Shown piece by piece: positions 1-9,434 of a DNA stretch of 64,000 nucleotides. The notes under the pieces were generated by a model. The model was not told the DNA's origin, did not search any database, and saw only the letters and a list, made by a program, of their open reading frames with translations. Positions within the stretch are counted from its first letter, which is position 1, and each line of letters begins with the position of its first letter. A program made the translations under genes and the position numbers. Origin of the DNA: Treponemataceae bacterium (GTDB lineage Bacteria > Spirochaetota > Spirochaetia > Treponematales > Rectinemataceae); assembly GCA_963667725.2 (NCBI GenBank), contig CAXXHO010000003.1:2240001-2304000 (forward strand), given 5' to 3'.

Positions 1-63
1 AAAAAAAGAATTCCATTCCTTTATTTTACGAAGTGAAATGAATTTTATTGACGATGGGCGACA

Positions 64-613
64 TTAGTTGTCCCGCGGTTTTTCCGAAGGCACGAGGAGG
101 GTTTGGAGCCTGACCGCCGAGATGATGCGCACGGCGGCGTTGATGAGGCCAGCCTTGCCCATCGCGAAGACGACATCGATGATCTCGAGGCGGTAAAGGC
201 GCTCGCGTTGGCTCGGGCTGTGGGGAATGCGCCCCTGGGTGAGTGCGGAGTGCAGGAGTATGGCATGGGGCATCACGATCGCGCCCAAGATTCCCGCCGC
301 CAGGAGGACGCTTTCCTTGCCTTTAAAAAGAGGAATTGCCGCGTGGGGGAAAACACCGCCCCATATCGGCTTTACGAGGATGAGTTCCGTCAGATAACAG
401 AGCGAGATAACGCCGACGAAAACCGCGACCGCGGCGCCGAGGAACTCGGCGAGATCGGTGGCCATGGCCGCCAGCTCCATCACGATCCAAAGGGCGTAGG
501 CGACCGGCTTCGGAAAGGATTGTCCGCAATGCTCGGCCAGATTCTTTCCCGTGGCGATACCGGGTTTCCTGAGCCCGCGCTACCGTCTTCTGGTCCGTCG
601 CCGATGAAGGCAT
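64..613 (-). pseudogene. mntH: NRAMP-family Mn2+ transporter remnant with internal deletions and a frameshift
   Basis: RBS GGGAGG and ATG at 613 give MPSSATDQKTVARAQET. A different frame then carries the NRAMP blocks GIATGKNLAEHC, ELAAMATDLAEFLGAA and GILGAIVMPHAILLHSAL. The DPGN motif and the C-terminal half are absent. Confidence 0.8.
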
Positions 614-650
614 GGGACCTCCCTTTGCACGCTCCGCCTTTTGATGTCCG

Positions 651-3188
651 TCAAGCCCAGCGCATCATTCCCGGAACGAAACGATCGCCCAAGGCGGGAT
701 GCTTGGGAAGTATCCTTATGGAGTAGCCGATCTGTCCGGTGAGCTTTCCGTTGACGGCGGCGCCGTACTTCCAGACCGAACCTTCGTTCGAGGCGGCTGT
801 CATTTCGGTTCGTTCGGGTGACTGTATCTCGCCCTTGCTGGTCAGCGGTCCGCGGTAGCATTCGACGCGCACTTCCTCGGGCGATAGGCCGGCGAGGTTC
901 ACCGTCGCTTCAACATGGATTTTGGTCCCGCGCACGATGACGGGAGGGGCGTCGTCTCGGATTTCCAGGACGGCCACGGAATTCCATAGCGATCCAGCCC
1001 TGTCGAGATAGGCGGACAGCGACCGCGACGAGGCATAGCCCTCGGCCTTCAGCTTGATGCCTTCGGCCATGGCCGGTTTGTAGTAGCCGTCGTAGTATTC
1101 CTCGAGCATCCTGTGGGATGAGAAGTTCCTGCCGGTCGACTTGATCGACGCGCGCATTCTGGCGATCCATTCCCTAGGAAGGTTGTCCCTGCCCCGCCTG
1201 TAGAAGGTGGGAAGAATTTCGCGCTCGAGAAGGTCATAGAGATTTTCGCTCTCGATCTTGTCCTGCAGTTCCTCGTCCTTGTATTCCTCGCCCTGGCCTA
1301 TGGCCCAGCCGATGTCCGGGCTGTAGCCCTCGGCCCACCAGCCGTCGAGGACTGAGCAGTTGAGGACGCCGTTCATGCCGGCTTTCATGCCCGAGGTGCC
1401 CGAGGCTTCCAGGGGGCGGCGCGGTGTGTTGAGCCAGACGTCGGAACCCGAGGTCATGTAGCGTGACAGGCCCATATCGTAGTCTTCGAGGAACACGAGG
1501 CGCCCAAGCACTTCATCCTTGCGCGAGAAGTGCACGAGTTCCCTTATGATTTCCTTGCCGGGAATGTCGTGGGGATGCGCCTTGCCGGCGAAGATGATCT
1601 GTATGGGCATGGCGCCGCTGGACAAAAGCCTGATGAGCCGGTCGGGATCGCGCAGGAGAAGGTTTCCCCTCTTGTAGGTGGCGAATCGGCGCGCGAACGA
1701 AAGGGTAAAGAGAGAGGGAGATAGGGCGTCGCCTGCCTTGATGAGGGCCGGATCGGTGATGCCGAGGCGCTCCATCGTAGCGCCGAGCCTGTCTCTGCAG
1801 GAGGCCACGAGGCGCTCCCTGCGTCGTTCATGGGTTCGCCACAGCTCTTCGTCCGAAACCCGATCCATCCTCTCCCAGATATCCTTGGAGCCAGGCTCGT
1901 CGTTGAAGCGCGGGCCGAGGAAACGGTCCAGGAGGGTGAGCATGTCGTGGCTGATCCAGGTCCTGGGATGGACGCCGTTCGTTACATGGCCGATGGGAAC
2001 TTCGCCGACGGGCAGCTGTGGCCAGAGATTCTTCCACATTTCCCTGCTCACCTCGCCATGAAGGGCGGAAACGCCGTTCGCGCGGGCCGAGAGTTTGAGG
2101 GCGAAAACGGTCATGCAGAAACTTTCGTTGTTGTCGCCGGGATTCTCCCTGCCGAGGGCAAGGAATTCGGCCCAATCGATGCCGAGGTTCTGGAGCCAGC
2201 GACGGAAATATTTATCGATGAGATCGATGCCGAAGCGTTCATTGCCGGCCGGGACCGGGGTATGGGTGGTGAAAATATTCGTGGGTATGAACGCCTGAAC
2301 TGCTTCTCTTGCGGAAAGCCCCTGTTCGGTCATGAGTATCCGCACCCTTTCCAGGGCAAGGAAGGCGGAATGCCCCTCGTTCATGTGCGTGGCGGCTACT
2401 TCGACGCCGAGGGCGGAGAGCGCCCTGATGCCGCCGATGCCTAATACGATCTCCTGGCGGATCCGCATTTCTTTATCGCCGCCGTAGAGGGTGGCGGTGA
2501 TTACCCTGTCCTCGGGGGAATTCTCGGGGATGTTGGTGTCGAGGAGATAGAGACTCGCCCGGCCGACTTTCACTTCCCAGATCGCCGCATGCACAAGCTT
2601 TCCGGCCAGCTCCACCGAAATGAGGATGGGCTTGCCATCGGCATCAGAGCACTGCTGGACGGGCATATTGTACCAGTCGTTCTCCGGATAGGATTCCTGC
2701 TGGAAGCCGTCGGCGTTCAGGTACTGTTTGAAGTAGCCCTGGCGGTACAGAAGGCCCACGCCGACAAGGGGAAGCCCTAGGTCGCTCGAGGTTTTCATGT
2801 GGTCGCCCGAAAGGATTCCCAGGCCGCCCGAATAGGTCGGCAGGGAGACGTCGATCCCGAACTCCATGGAGAAATAGGCGGTAACGGGGGTCTTGGGACC
2901 CTTGTGCCAAGCTTCTCCCTTCTTGTAACGCTCGAAGCGGTTTTTCACGTCATTGAGGGAAGCGATGAAGGAATCGTCCTGCGCCAGCTGGTCGAATCGT
3001 TCCTGACTCACCATGCCCAGCATTTTGATCGGATTCTGGCCGCTCGCCGCCCACGCGTCCGGGTCTATGCGGATGAAAAGCGAGACGGCGTCGAAGTTCC
3101 AGGACAGCCACAAATTGCGCGCTATAGGATCGAGGGCGGCGAGTTCGCCTTCCAGCCTTGGTTTTACCGTATGGGTCAGAATTTTCAT
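651..3188 (-). CDS. glgP: alpha-glucan (glycogen) phosphorylase
   Basis: 845 aa; YFSMEFG, YSGGLG, HMNEGH, ARRFATYKR and PLP-lysine motif EASGTSGMKA. Confidence 0.97.
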   Translation of the reverse strand: MKILTHTVKPRLEGELAALDPIARNLWLSWNFDAVSLFIRIDPDAWAASGQNPIKMLGMVSQERFDQLAQDDSFIASLNDVKNRFERYKKGEAWHKGPKTPVTAYFSMEFGIDVSLPTYSGGLGILSGDHMKTSSDLGLPLVGVGLLYRQGYFKQYLNADGFQQESYPENDWYNMPVQQCSDADGKPILISVELAGKLVHAAIWEVKVGRASLYLLDTNIPENSPEDRVITATLYGGDKEMRIRQEIVLGIGGIRALSALGVEVAATHMNEGHSAFLALERVRILMTEQGLSAREAVQAFIPTNIFTTHTPVPAGNERFGIDLIDKYFRRWLQNLGIDWAEFLALGRENPGDNNESFCMTVFALKLSARANGVSALHGEVSREMWKNLWPQLPVGEVPIGHVTNGVHPRTWISHDMLTLLDRFLGPRFNDEPGSKDIWERMDRVSDEELWRTHERRRERLVASCRDRLGATMERLGITDPALIKAGDALSPSLFTLSFARRFATYKRGNLLLRDPDRLIRLLSSGAMPIQIIFAGKAHPHDIPGKEIIRELVHFSRKDEVLGRLVFLEDYDMGLSRYMTSGSDVWLNTPRRPLEASGTSGMKAGMNGVLNCSVLDGWWAEGYSPDIGWAIGQGEEYKDEELQDKIESENLYDLLEREILPTFYRRGRDNLPREWIARMRASIKSTGRNFSSHRMLEEYYDGYYKPAMAEGIKLKAEGYASSRSLSAYLDRAGSLWNSVAVLEIRDDAPPVIVRGTKIHVEATVNLAGLSPEEVRVECYRGPLTSKGEIQSPERTEMTAASNEGSVWKYGAAVNGKLTGQIGYSIRILPKHPALGDRFVPGMMRWA

Positions 3189-3211
3189 CTCGATGCCACC
3201 TTCTCTTTTAC

Positions 3212-5119
3212 TTATTCTTTCCGGGATCCGAAAAGGTCCTGAAGCCTGCCGAAGAAACCGCGCGGCGTTTCCCCTGCGGGCGGAGTCTCGGTTTTAGGCG
3301 ACGCAGGCGCCGACGCCGGTGTCTGCGGTTTGGCTTCGACGACGGGCTTGTCGGCCTTGGCGGCGTTCACGCCGGGATTCGCTGATGATCCGGCCGCCGG
3401 ACCGCGACGGCGCTCGGGACTGCGGCGCTCGGGACTGCGGCCTTCCCGATCCTGGCGATCGCTTTCTGGTCGGCCTTTTCGCCGAGGATCGCCCCTGCCC
3501 CCATTGGCCGCGGGTTTCTGTTCGATGCGCTTGCCGTACTTTTTCCTGTACAAGGCCATGCGTTCTTCCATGGACATCGCGTAGGGATCCACCACGGGGA
3601 AATGTTCGGCTCCGGCCTGACGGGTTTCGGCCTTGCGAGGCTCAGCCTTGCGAGGCTCGGCGCGACGGGGTTCGGCTTGGCGAGGCCTGTCCTGCCTGAC
3701 CGCGGGCTGCGGCTCGCGGCGGCTTTCATCGCGCCTGTCTTCGTCGCGGCGGTCTTCCCTTCCCGGTCGGTCATCTCTTCCCGGCCTGTCGTCCCTGCCG
3801 TGACGGTCGCGATCGAATCTGCTATGGAAGCGGGGTTCAGGCGACTCGATCGTCCGACCGGCGCTCATATCCTTGGGCAGTTCAATGTTCGCGTCAAGGG
3901 GCGCGACGGAAAGCGAGGCGTCCACCATGCGCTGGATGGCGGGAATCCCGTACATATAGCGCTCGCAGACGAGGTTGTAGAGAAGGGCATCCGGATCCTC
4001 CCGCTTGAGGAAATTGAGACGCTCGAAATAGAACTCGGGTTCTAGAGGAATATCGTAGTTGACGACGTTGAGGAACTCAGGCCTGGTCAGGCCTTTCGCG
4101 CCTTCGTCCGTGAGAATGAGGACGAAACTGTCGGCGGGGAAACGCGAATCGGGAACCGCGACTGCGGCGACTTCCGTAGCCGCGGGAGCTTCCGAGACAT
4201 CTACCTCATCCCCAGCCAGAGCCGGCTCCGGCTCGCCGCGCTGCCCGGTCCAGGTCAGCGCCTTGGTGATTATCTGGTTTTTCCTGTCGGGATTGAGATT
4301 GCCGGCGATATAGTCCGCCGTGACGCCGTTCATGGCAAAGCGGGCAGAAAGCTCCGAAGCCATGGATTTCAGGTTGCAGAAAACGCAGATATGGTGATTT
4401 TCTCCTTCCTGCAGCAGATGGAGGATGAATCGGATCTTGTCGGCTTCCTGTATCTCGCGGGATATGGTGGAGGTAGTGCCGGCGTAGCCCATCGCCTCGC
4501 CCAGCTTTATCTCCTTCGGATTGTCCGCGAAGTCCCAGGCGAAGTTCTTGGCTCTGGGCGTATGCTTGTTCGCGATGACGAGGGATTTCCGCTCCCATGA
4601 AGGCAGAAGGCTGCCCTGAAGCTTCCGGAGCATATCGCCCGGCAATTCGGCCATCTGGTCTGCCTGATCGGCGATGACAAAGCCGTAATCCCTCGGCACG
4701 AAAGCGCCGGTGGGGATGAGGTCGTGGAAGGTCTGGACCGCGCTATACAGAAGCTGCGCGTTCCTGACCTCATCGCTTCCCGCGTTGTCCCTGTCGAGAA
4801 GAACGGGTTTCGCCGTACCAGTCAAGCCTTCCGCCATTCTGAGCGCGGTCCCATGCGCCGCCGCAGCCGAAGCTTCGTCGATACAGAGGTACAGGGCTTT
4901 TCCCTTCAGGGCTTCGTGTCCGGCAAGGGTGAGCCAATAAAGGGCAGGGAAGCTGAAAATCTCCTCCCTCTCCTTCTGGATGTCCGTCCTGACGAAAAGA
5001 TTTTCATTGGCCTCGAAGAGTCCCGCAAGCAGCCTCTCGAAAAAGATCGACCGATATGCATTGGATGCGTCGGCGCCCGAAAACAGCGCCGCGTCGATGG
5101 AAAAACGCGATAAGTCCAT
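3212..5119 (-). CDS. DEAD-box (RhlB-like) helicase homologue with degenerate catalytic motifs and a charged low-complexity tail
   Basis: Two RecA-like domains are recognisable from VIADQADQM, VFCN, LTDEGAKGL, VNYDIP and LVCERYMYGIPAI. Walker A and motif VI are missing. Confidence 0.8.
   Translation of the reverse strand: MDLSRFSIDAALFSGADASNAYRSIFFERLLAGLFEANENLFVRTDIQKEREEIFSFPALYWLTLAGHEALKGKALYLCIDEASAAAAHGTALRMAEGLTGTAKPVLLDRDNAGSDEVRNAQLLYSAVQTFHDLIPTGAFVPRDYGFVIADQADQMAELPGDMLRKLQGSLLPSWERKSLVIANKHTPRAKNFAWDFADNPKEIKLGEAMGYAGTTSTISREIQEADKIRFILHLLQEGENHHICVFCNLKSMASELSARFAMNGVTADYIAGNLNPDRKNQIITKALTWTGQRGEPEPALAGDEVDVSEAPAATEVAAVAVPDSRFPADSFVLILTDEGAKGLTRPEFLNVVNYDIPLEPEFYFERLNFLKREDPDALLYNLVCERYMYGIPAIQRMVDASLSVAPLDANIELPKDMSAGRTIESPEPRFHSRFDRDRHGRDDRPGRDDRPGREDRRDEDRRDESRREPQPAVRQDRPRQAEPRRAEPRKAEPRKAETRQAGAEHFPVVDPYAMSMEERMALYRKKYGKRIEQKPAANGGRGDPRRKGRPESDRQDREGRSPERRSPERRRGPAAGSSANPGVNAAKADKPVVEAKPQTPASAPASPKTETPPAGETPRGFFGRLQDLFGSRKE
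3408..3810. repeat. short coding tandem repeats in the helicase-like tail
   Basis: cggcgctcgggactg x2 at 3408-3437 (SPERR); gccttgcgaggctcR x2 at 3630-3659 (AEPRK); degenerate GRDDRP repeats. Confidence 0.85.
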
Positions 5120-5268
5120 ATACGTTCCTAAACTATAAAAATATGTGCCCGGATCTCCGGGGACGCTTCACTTCACAGATAAGCGCTTGATAATACCTTA
5201 CCTGCAAGGGAAAGTGAAGATAGAGGCAGGAGCGACGAATGAACGGACCCGGCAGGTCTATCGATGCA

Positions 5269-6990
5269 TCATGGAAGAATGACCCGTATCTTGCAGCCGG
5301 TTCTCTCGGCGACGAATATTCTGCCTTCGGGATCGACGGATAGCCCCTGAGGATAATAGAAGGAGGCTTCGAGCGCTTCGCCATCGACCGACAGGGCAAT
5401 TCCTGATCCGGCGATCGTTGTTACTTCGTTGAAGTGACTCATCCGCCTGATCCTGTTGTTGCCTGTATCGGCGATATAAAGGCATCCGTCCGGGCCTGGC
5501 GCGACCCCACGGGGGGCATTGAATGCCGCGAGCGAACCAGTGCCGTCGGCAGATCCCGAAGCCGATCCCGCGAGCGTGAACACATTCCCTGATGAGTCCA
5601 CTCTGCGTATCCGATGATTGTTGGTATCCGCAACGACAAAAGATGAGGAGTATTCCGGCAGCGCCGACAAACCGCCAGGTTGATTGAACAGGGCGTTCGC
5701 GCTGTTGCCATCAGCCCAGCCAGGCGAGTCCGCCGTTCCGGAGAAGGTGGTCACCGCATAGGGGGATGTTGAGCTGATCCTGCGGATCGTATGGTTCAAC
5801 GTATCCGCGACATAGATATATGTTGCGAGAACCAGAATCCCTTTCGGCGTATCGAATTGGGCCAAGATCCCTGATGTGCTGTTCGCGCTTCCCGCCGTTC
5901 CCGTTCCCGCTATCGTGATCACTGTTCCGTTTGAGATCGTTACCTTTCGGATGGCATGATTTCCCGTATCGGCGACATAGAGCGCGGTGTCTCCAGAGAT
6001 AGCGATCGCCGAGGGCTGGTTGAATGCCGCCCCGGCCCCAAGGCCATCCTGAAACCCCGCCGTCCCGGAGCCAGCGAGCGTGGAGACCACCCCGGCGGGG
6101 CTTATTTTACGGATGCAGTGATTGTTCGCGTCAGCTACGTAAAGATTCCCGCTATAATCCATGACGATATCGCTCGGCCAATCGAACCTTGCGTGGGTTC
6201 CCGTGCCATTCAACAAGCCGCTGTTTCCGCCCGCGAAAGTCCTGACCCCGGGGCGCAGCATCATCTCGGACGGATCCATGACCCAGTTGACCGTCGTCGT
6301 TTTCCCCTGGGCTATGAAGACTCTGGCGAACTTCGTCCACACCGGTTCCGGTCCAAAACTCCCATCCGACATCCTCACTTCGAGATCATAAGCCCCCTGC
6401 GAAAAGGACATCGGACCCGCAATCGTGGCCGAGGAATAATCCGTCGACATGGCTATGGTTCTTTCAGCCCCTGAACTCGAGGTCATCACGGCATGGAAAT
6501 TGGGTTCGCTCATGGCGCCGGCCGGCCACGACAGGTTCATCGCCAGACCTCCCGTTCCATCCAGGGGAAGGCAGGATAATCTCGTGCTGGTTGTCTTGGC
6601 CTGAACCAGGGTGGCGATCACCTCCGCTGAATACCCCAATGCATCCCCTACCGCGTTCTTGGCCGTCGCGCTGAGCGTCCAGGGCCCCGGCGTTAGGCCG
6701 ATTCGCGTATACTGGGACGATGAATGATCAGTCACGGAGAAGCTTTCTCCATTGGGCCCCGTGCCCGCGATGTCATACAGGGAGGCCTCCAGGTCCATGG
6801 AGGGAAGGATGATCTTGGCTCCCTCGGGCGGCTCGAGTTCGATGACGAGCGTTGTCTGCTTGAGAACGTCGCTCAAATCGGCCACTAAGTCATCGAGGGT
6901 ACAGCCCCATGCCGCGAGGACCAACAGGCCGATTGCCGCGAACGCCAACCAAAGGCCGCCTCTTTTCGCTATCCTGTCTCCGTGATTCAT
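5269..6990 (-). CDS. NHL-repeat beta-propeller lipoprotein
   Basis: ATG 6990 with GGAGGAGG RBS; lipobox-like LAAWGC; about six F-x-x-P...YVADxxNHxIRKI repeats. Confidence 0.88.
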   Translation of the reverse strand: MNHGDRIAKRGGLWLAFAAIGLLVLAAWGCTLDDLVADLSDVLKQTTLVIELEPPEGAKIILPSMDLEASLYDIAGTGPNGESFSVTDHSSSQYTRIGLTPGPWTLSATAKNAVGDALGYSAEVIATLVQAKTTSTRLSCLPLDGTGGLAMNLSWPAGAMSEPNFHAVMTSSSGAERTIAMSTDYSSATIAGPMSFSQGAYDLEVRMSDGSFGPEPVWTKFARVFIAQGKTTTVNWVMDPSEMMLRPGVRTFAGGNSGLLNGTGTHARFDWPSDIVMDYSGNLYVADANNHCIRKISPAGVVSTLAGSGTAGFQDGLGAGAAFNQPSAIAISGDTALYVADTGNHAIRKVTISNGTVITIAGTGTAGSANSTSGILAQFDTPKGILVLATYIYVADTLNHTIRRISSTSPYAVTTFSGTADSPGWADGNSANALFNQPGGLSALPEYSSSFVVADTNNHRIRRVDSSGNVFTLAGSASGSADGTGSLAAFNAPRGVAPGPDGCLYIADTGNNRIRRMSHFNEVTTIAGSGIALSVDGEALEASFYYPQGLSVDPEGRIFVAERTGCKIRVILP

Positions 6991-7200
6991 GACACCTCCT
7001 CCTGAGCCGCTGCTGAAACGCAACACGGAGCGTCCTCGAAAGACGCCCGCGCCCGATATTGGAGATGACTTTTTTTCTGGATGGCCGGCGAATCGAACCG
7101 CTTACCTATTCTCTTTATTTATATACGATTATAGGATCAGAGGCGCGCAAAGTAAACCATGATATCCTCAAGGCGTTTCGGGGGATGGAACCTTATTAAG

Positions 7201-7229
7201 TTGTAGATATATCGATACAAGTATATAGT
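7201..7229 (+). promoter_or_regulatory. putative sigma70 promoter of ndh
   Basis: TTGTAG-17 bp-TATAGT. Confidence 0.5.
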
Positions 7230-7298
7230 AATTTTTAGAAACCTGTGCTAGAATCTGTCCGGAAAAATCCAATCTACTATTAAACTGGGAGTTTCTTA

Positions 7299-9317
7299 AT
7301 GAGCATTTCCAAGAAAATCCTTATCCTTGGCGGCGGTTACGGCGGCGTCAAAGCGGCGAAGATCCTTGAAAAGCATTTCAGGAAAGAGCCGAATGTCGAG
7401 ATAACTTTGGTCGATATGCGCCCCTTCCACACCCTCATGACCGAACTGCATGAAGTCGCCGGATGGAGAACAGAACCGGAATCCGTCCAGGTGAGCTTCA
7501 AGAAAATCTTCGGCGCGAGGCGCATCAATGTCGCGCTGGACAAGATCGTGAAAGTGGACTTCGAGGCCAAGAAGGCCTTTGGAACCGTGGGCGAGTACGC
7601 TTTCGACTTCATCGTCGTGGGCGTCGGCGCCGAGCCCGAATACTTCGGCATTCCCGGCATCAAGGAAAACAGCTTCTCGCTCTGGTCCTTCGAGGACGCC
7701 ATGAAGCTGCGCAACCACGTCGAGCACATGTACCTCGAGGCATCCAAGGAACTGGACGCCGACAAGCGCAGGAAGATGCTCACCTTCGTGGTGGCAGGCG
7801 CCGGATTTACCGGCATGGAACTGATCGGCGAACTTCTCGAGTACCGCGACGTCATGTGCCGCAAGCTCTACATCGATCCCAAGGAAGTCAGGGTCGTCAA
7901 TATCGAGGCGCTGCCCACGATCCTCCCCATTCTCGAGGAACCGCTGCGCGTGAAGACCGAAAACTATCTCAAGAAGAAGAACTGCGAAATCCACCTCGGA
8001 ACGGCCATCGTCGGCGCGGAACCCGGCAAGGTACTCCTCAAAGACGGCAGCATCTTCGAGACCGATTCCTTCATCTGGACCTGCGGCGTCAAGGGCTCCA
8101 GCTTCGCCGGCTCCCTCGCCCTGCCGATGGGCAAGCGCAACCGCATCGAATGCGACAAGGGCATGCGCTCCACCCAGTACCCCAACGTCTACGTCGTCGG
8201 CGACAACGCCGGCCTCATGATGGACAACGGCAAGCCGATGGCGCAAATCGTCGAGTCCGCGCATTTCTCCGCCGAGACGGCAGCCAAGAACATCATCGCC
8301 GACATCGAGGGCGGAGAGCGCCACGAGTTCAAGCCGAACTACCATGGCTTCATGGTGTCCCTCGGCGGCCGCTACGGCGTCGCCAACGCCATGAACCTCA
8401 AGACCTCCGGCTTCATCGCCATGTTCATGAAGCACTTCATCAACATGTTCTACCTGTTCACCATCGCCGGCTTCAATCAGGTCTGGGAATACTTCAAGCA
8501 TGAATTCCTCGACATGAAGAACAAGCGCTCCTTCATCGGCGAGTTCATCTCCTACAAGGTCCGCGGATACTGGCCCCTCCTTCTCAGGATGTGGCTTGGA
8601 CTCATGTGGCTCTTCGAAGGCATCAACAAGATCGGCGAAGGCTGGCTCAATTTCGCCAAAGGCTCCAGCTCCAGCTGGATGTTCTCTCCCGGCGTCGTGC
8701 AGAAGGGCGTACAGGTAGCCGAGGCGACTAGCGCCGCCAGCGCGGCATGGGAAGGCGGGGCGGAAGCCACGACCACCACGATCGCCGCGGCGACGAGCGC
8801 GGCCAGCGCGATGGCCGACACGACGGCGACCACGATAGCGGCGGCCACTAGCGCTGCATCGGGCGCCGTGACGGACGGAGCCGCGGCTGTCGCCGACACC
8901 GCGACCAAGGCTTTCAAGGCCGTCTGGGATCTCACGAAACCCATTTTCGACCCCAGCTCGGGCATAGTCACTTGGTTCAGGACAACCTTCATGGACGGCA
9001 TCTTCGCCTACCTGCCCTTCAGCTTCTTCCAGATCATGATCGTCGTGATGGAGATGGCCATCGGCCTCGCCCTGTTCGGCGGATGCTTCACCTGGATCGC
9101 CGCGGTGGCCAGCATAGGAATGTGCCTCATCTTCACGATGTCGGGCATGTTCGCCTGGAACCAGCTCTGGTTCGTATTCGCCGCCATCGTGATGATGGGC
9201 GGAGCGGGCAGGGCCTTCGGATGCGACTACTGGCTCGTTCCCCCCGTCAAGCGCTGGTGGAACGGCACGAAGTTCGCCCGCAACTGGCATTTCTACGGCG
9301 ACGATCCCACGAAATAA
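7299..9317 (+). CDS. ndh: type II NADH:quinone oxidoreductase fused to a C-terminal DoxX/DoxD-like membrane domain
   Basis: GGGYGG and GAGFTGME Rossmann motifs, IWTCG, YVVGD; C-terminal LRMWLGLMWLFEGINKI, EMAIGLAL and GAGRAFGCD. Confidence 0.88.
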   Translation: MSISKKILILGGGYGGVKAAKILEKHFRKEPNVEITLVDMRPFHTLMTELHEVAGWRTEPESVQVSFKKIFGARRINVALDKIVKVDFEAKKAFGTVGEYAFDFIVVGVGAEPEYFGIPGIKENSFSLWSFEDAMKLRNHVEHMYLEASKELDADKRRKMLTFVVAGAGFTGMELIGELLEYRDVMCRKLYIDPKEVRVVNIEALPTILPILEEPLRVKTENYLKKKNCEIHLGTAIVGAEPGKVLLKDGSIFETDSFIWTCGVKGSSFAGSLALPMGKRNRIECDKGMRSTQYPNVYVVGDNAGLMMDNGKPMAQIVESAHFSAETAAKNIIADIEGGERHEFKPNYHGFMVSLGGRYGVANAMNLKTSGFIAMFMKHFINMFYLFTIAGFNQVWEYFKHEFLDMKNKRSFIGEFISYKVRGYWPLLLRMWLGLMWLFEGINKIGEGWLNFAKGSSSSWMFSPGVVQKGVQVAEATSAASAAWEGGAEATTTTIAAATSAASAMADTTATTIAAATSAASGAVTDGAAAVADTATKAFKAVWDLTKPIFDPSSGIVTWFRTTFMDGIFAYLPFSFFQIMIVVMEMAIGLALFGGCFTWIAAVASIGMCLIFTMSGMFAWNQLWFVFAAIVMMGGAGRAFGCDYWLVPPVKRWWNGTKFARNWHFYGDDPTK

Positions 9318-9357
9318 GGGATTCGCCCGCACTCCCTGCCGCAGCACGAACATAATG

Positions 9358-9402
9358 ACCGGACGTCCCCGATACTGGCATTCCGGACGTCCGGTTTTTT
9401 TT
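9358..9402 (+). terminator. rho-independent terminator
   Basis: accggacgtcc...ggacgtccggt stem followed by a T8 run. Confidence 0.8.
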
Positions 9403-9434
9403 ATGAAATCCTATTGGAAGGCTTTCGAGGTTAC

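Noticed and set aside
3408..3810. Short repeats as a possible CRISPR array or VNTR element
   Set aside because: In-frame 15-18 bp coding repeats without spacers; no cas genes.
7201..7220. TTGTA...TACAA as a Rex operator upstream of ndh
   Set aside because: Spacing (20 bp) and core do not fit TTGTGAA-N4-TTCACAA; kept only as a promoter.
7296..9353. 685-aa ORF antisense to ndh
   Set aside because: Codon-register shadow of a high-GC3 gene; no motifs or RBS.
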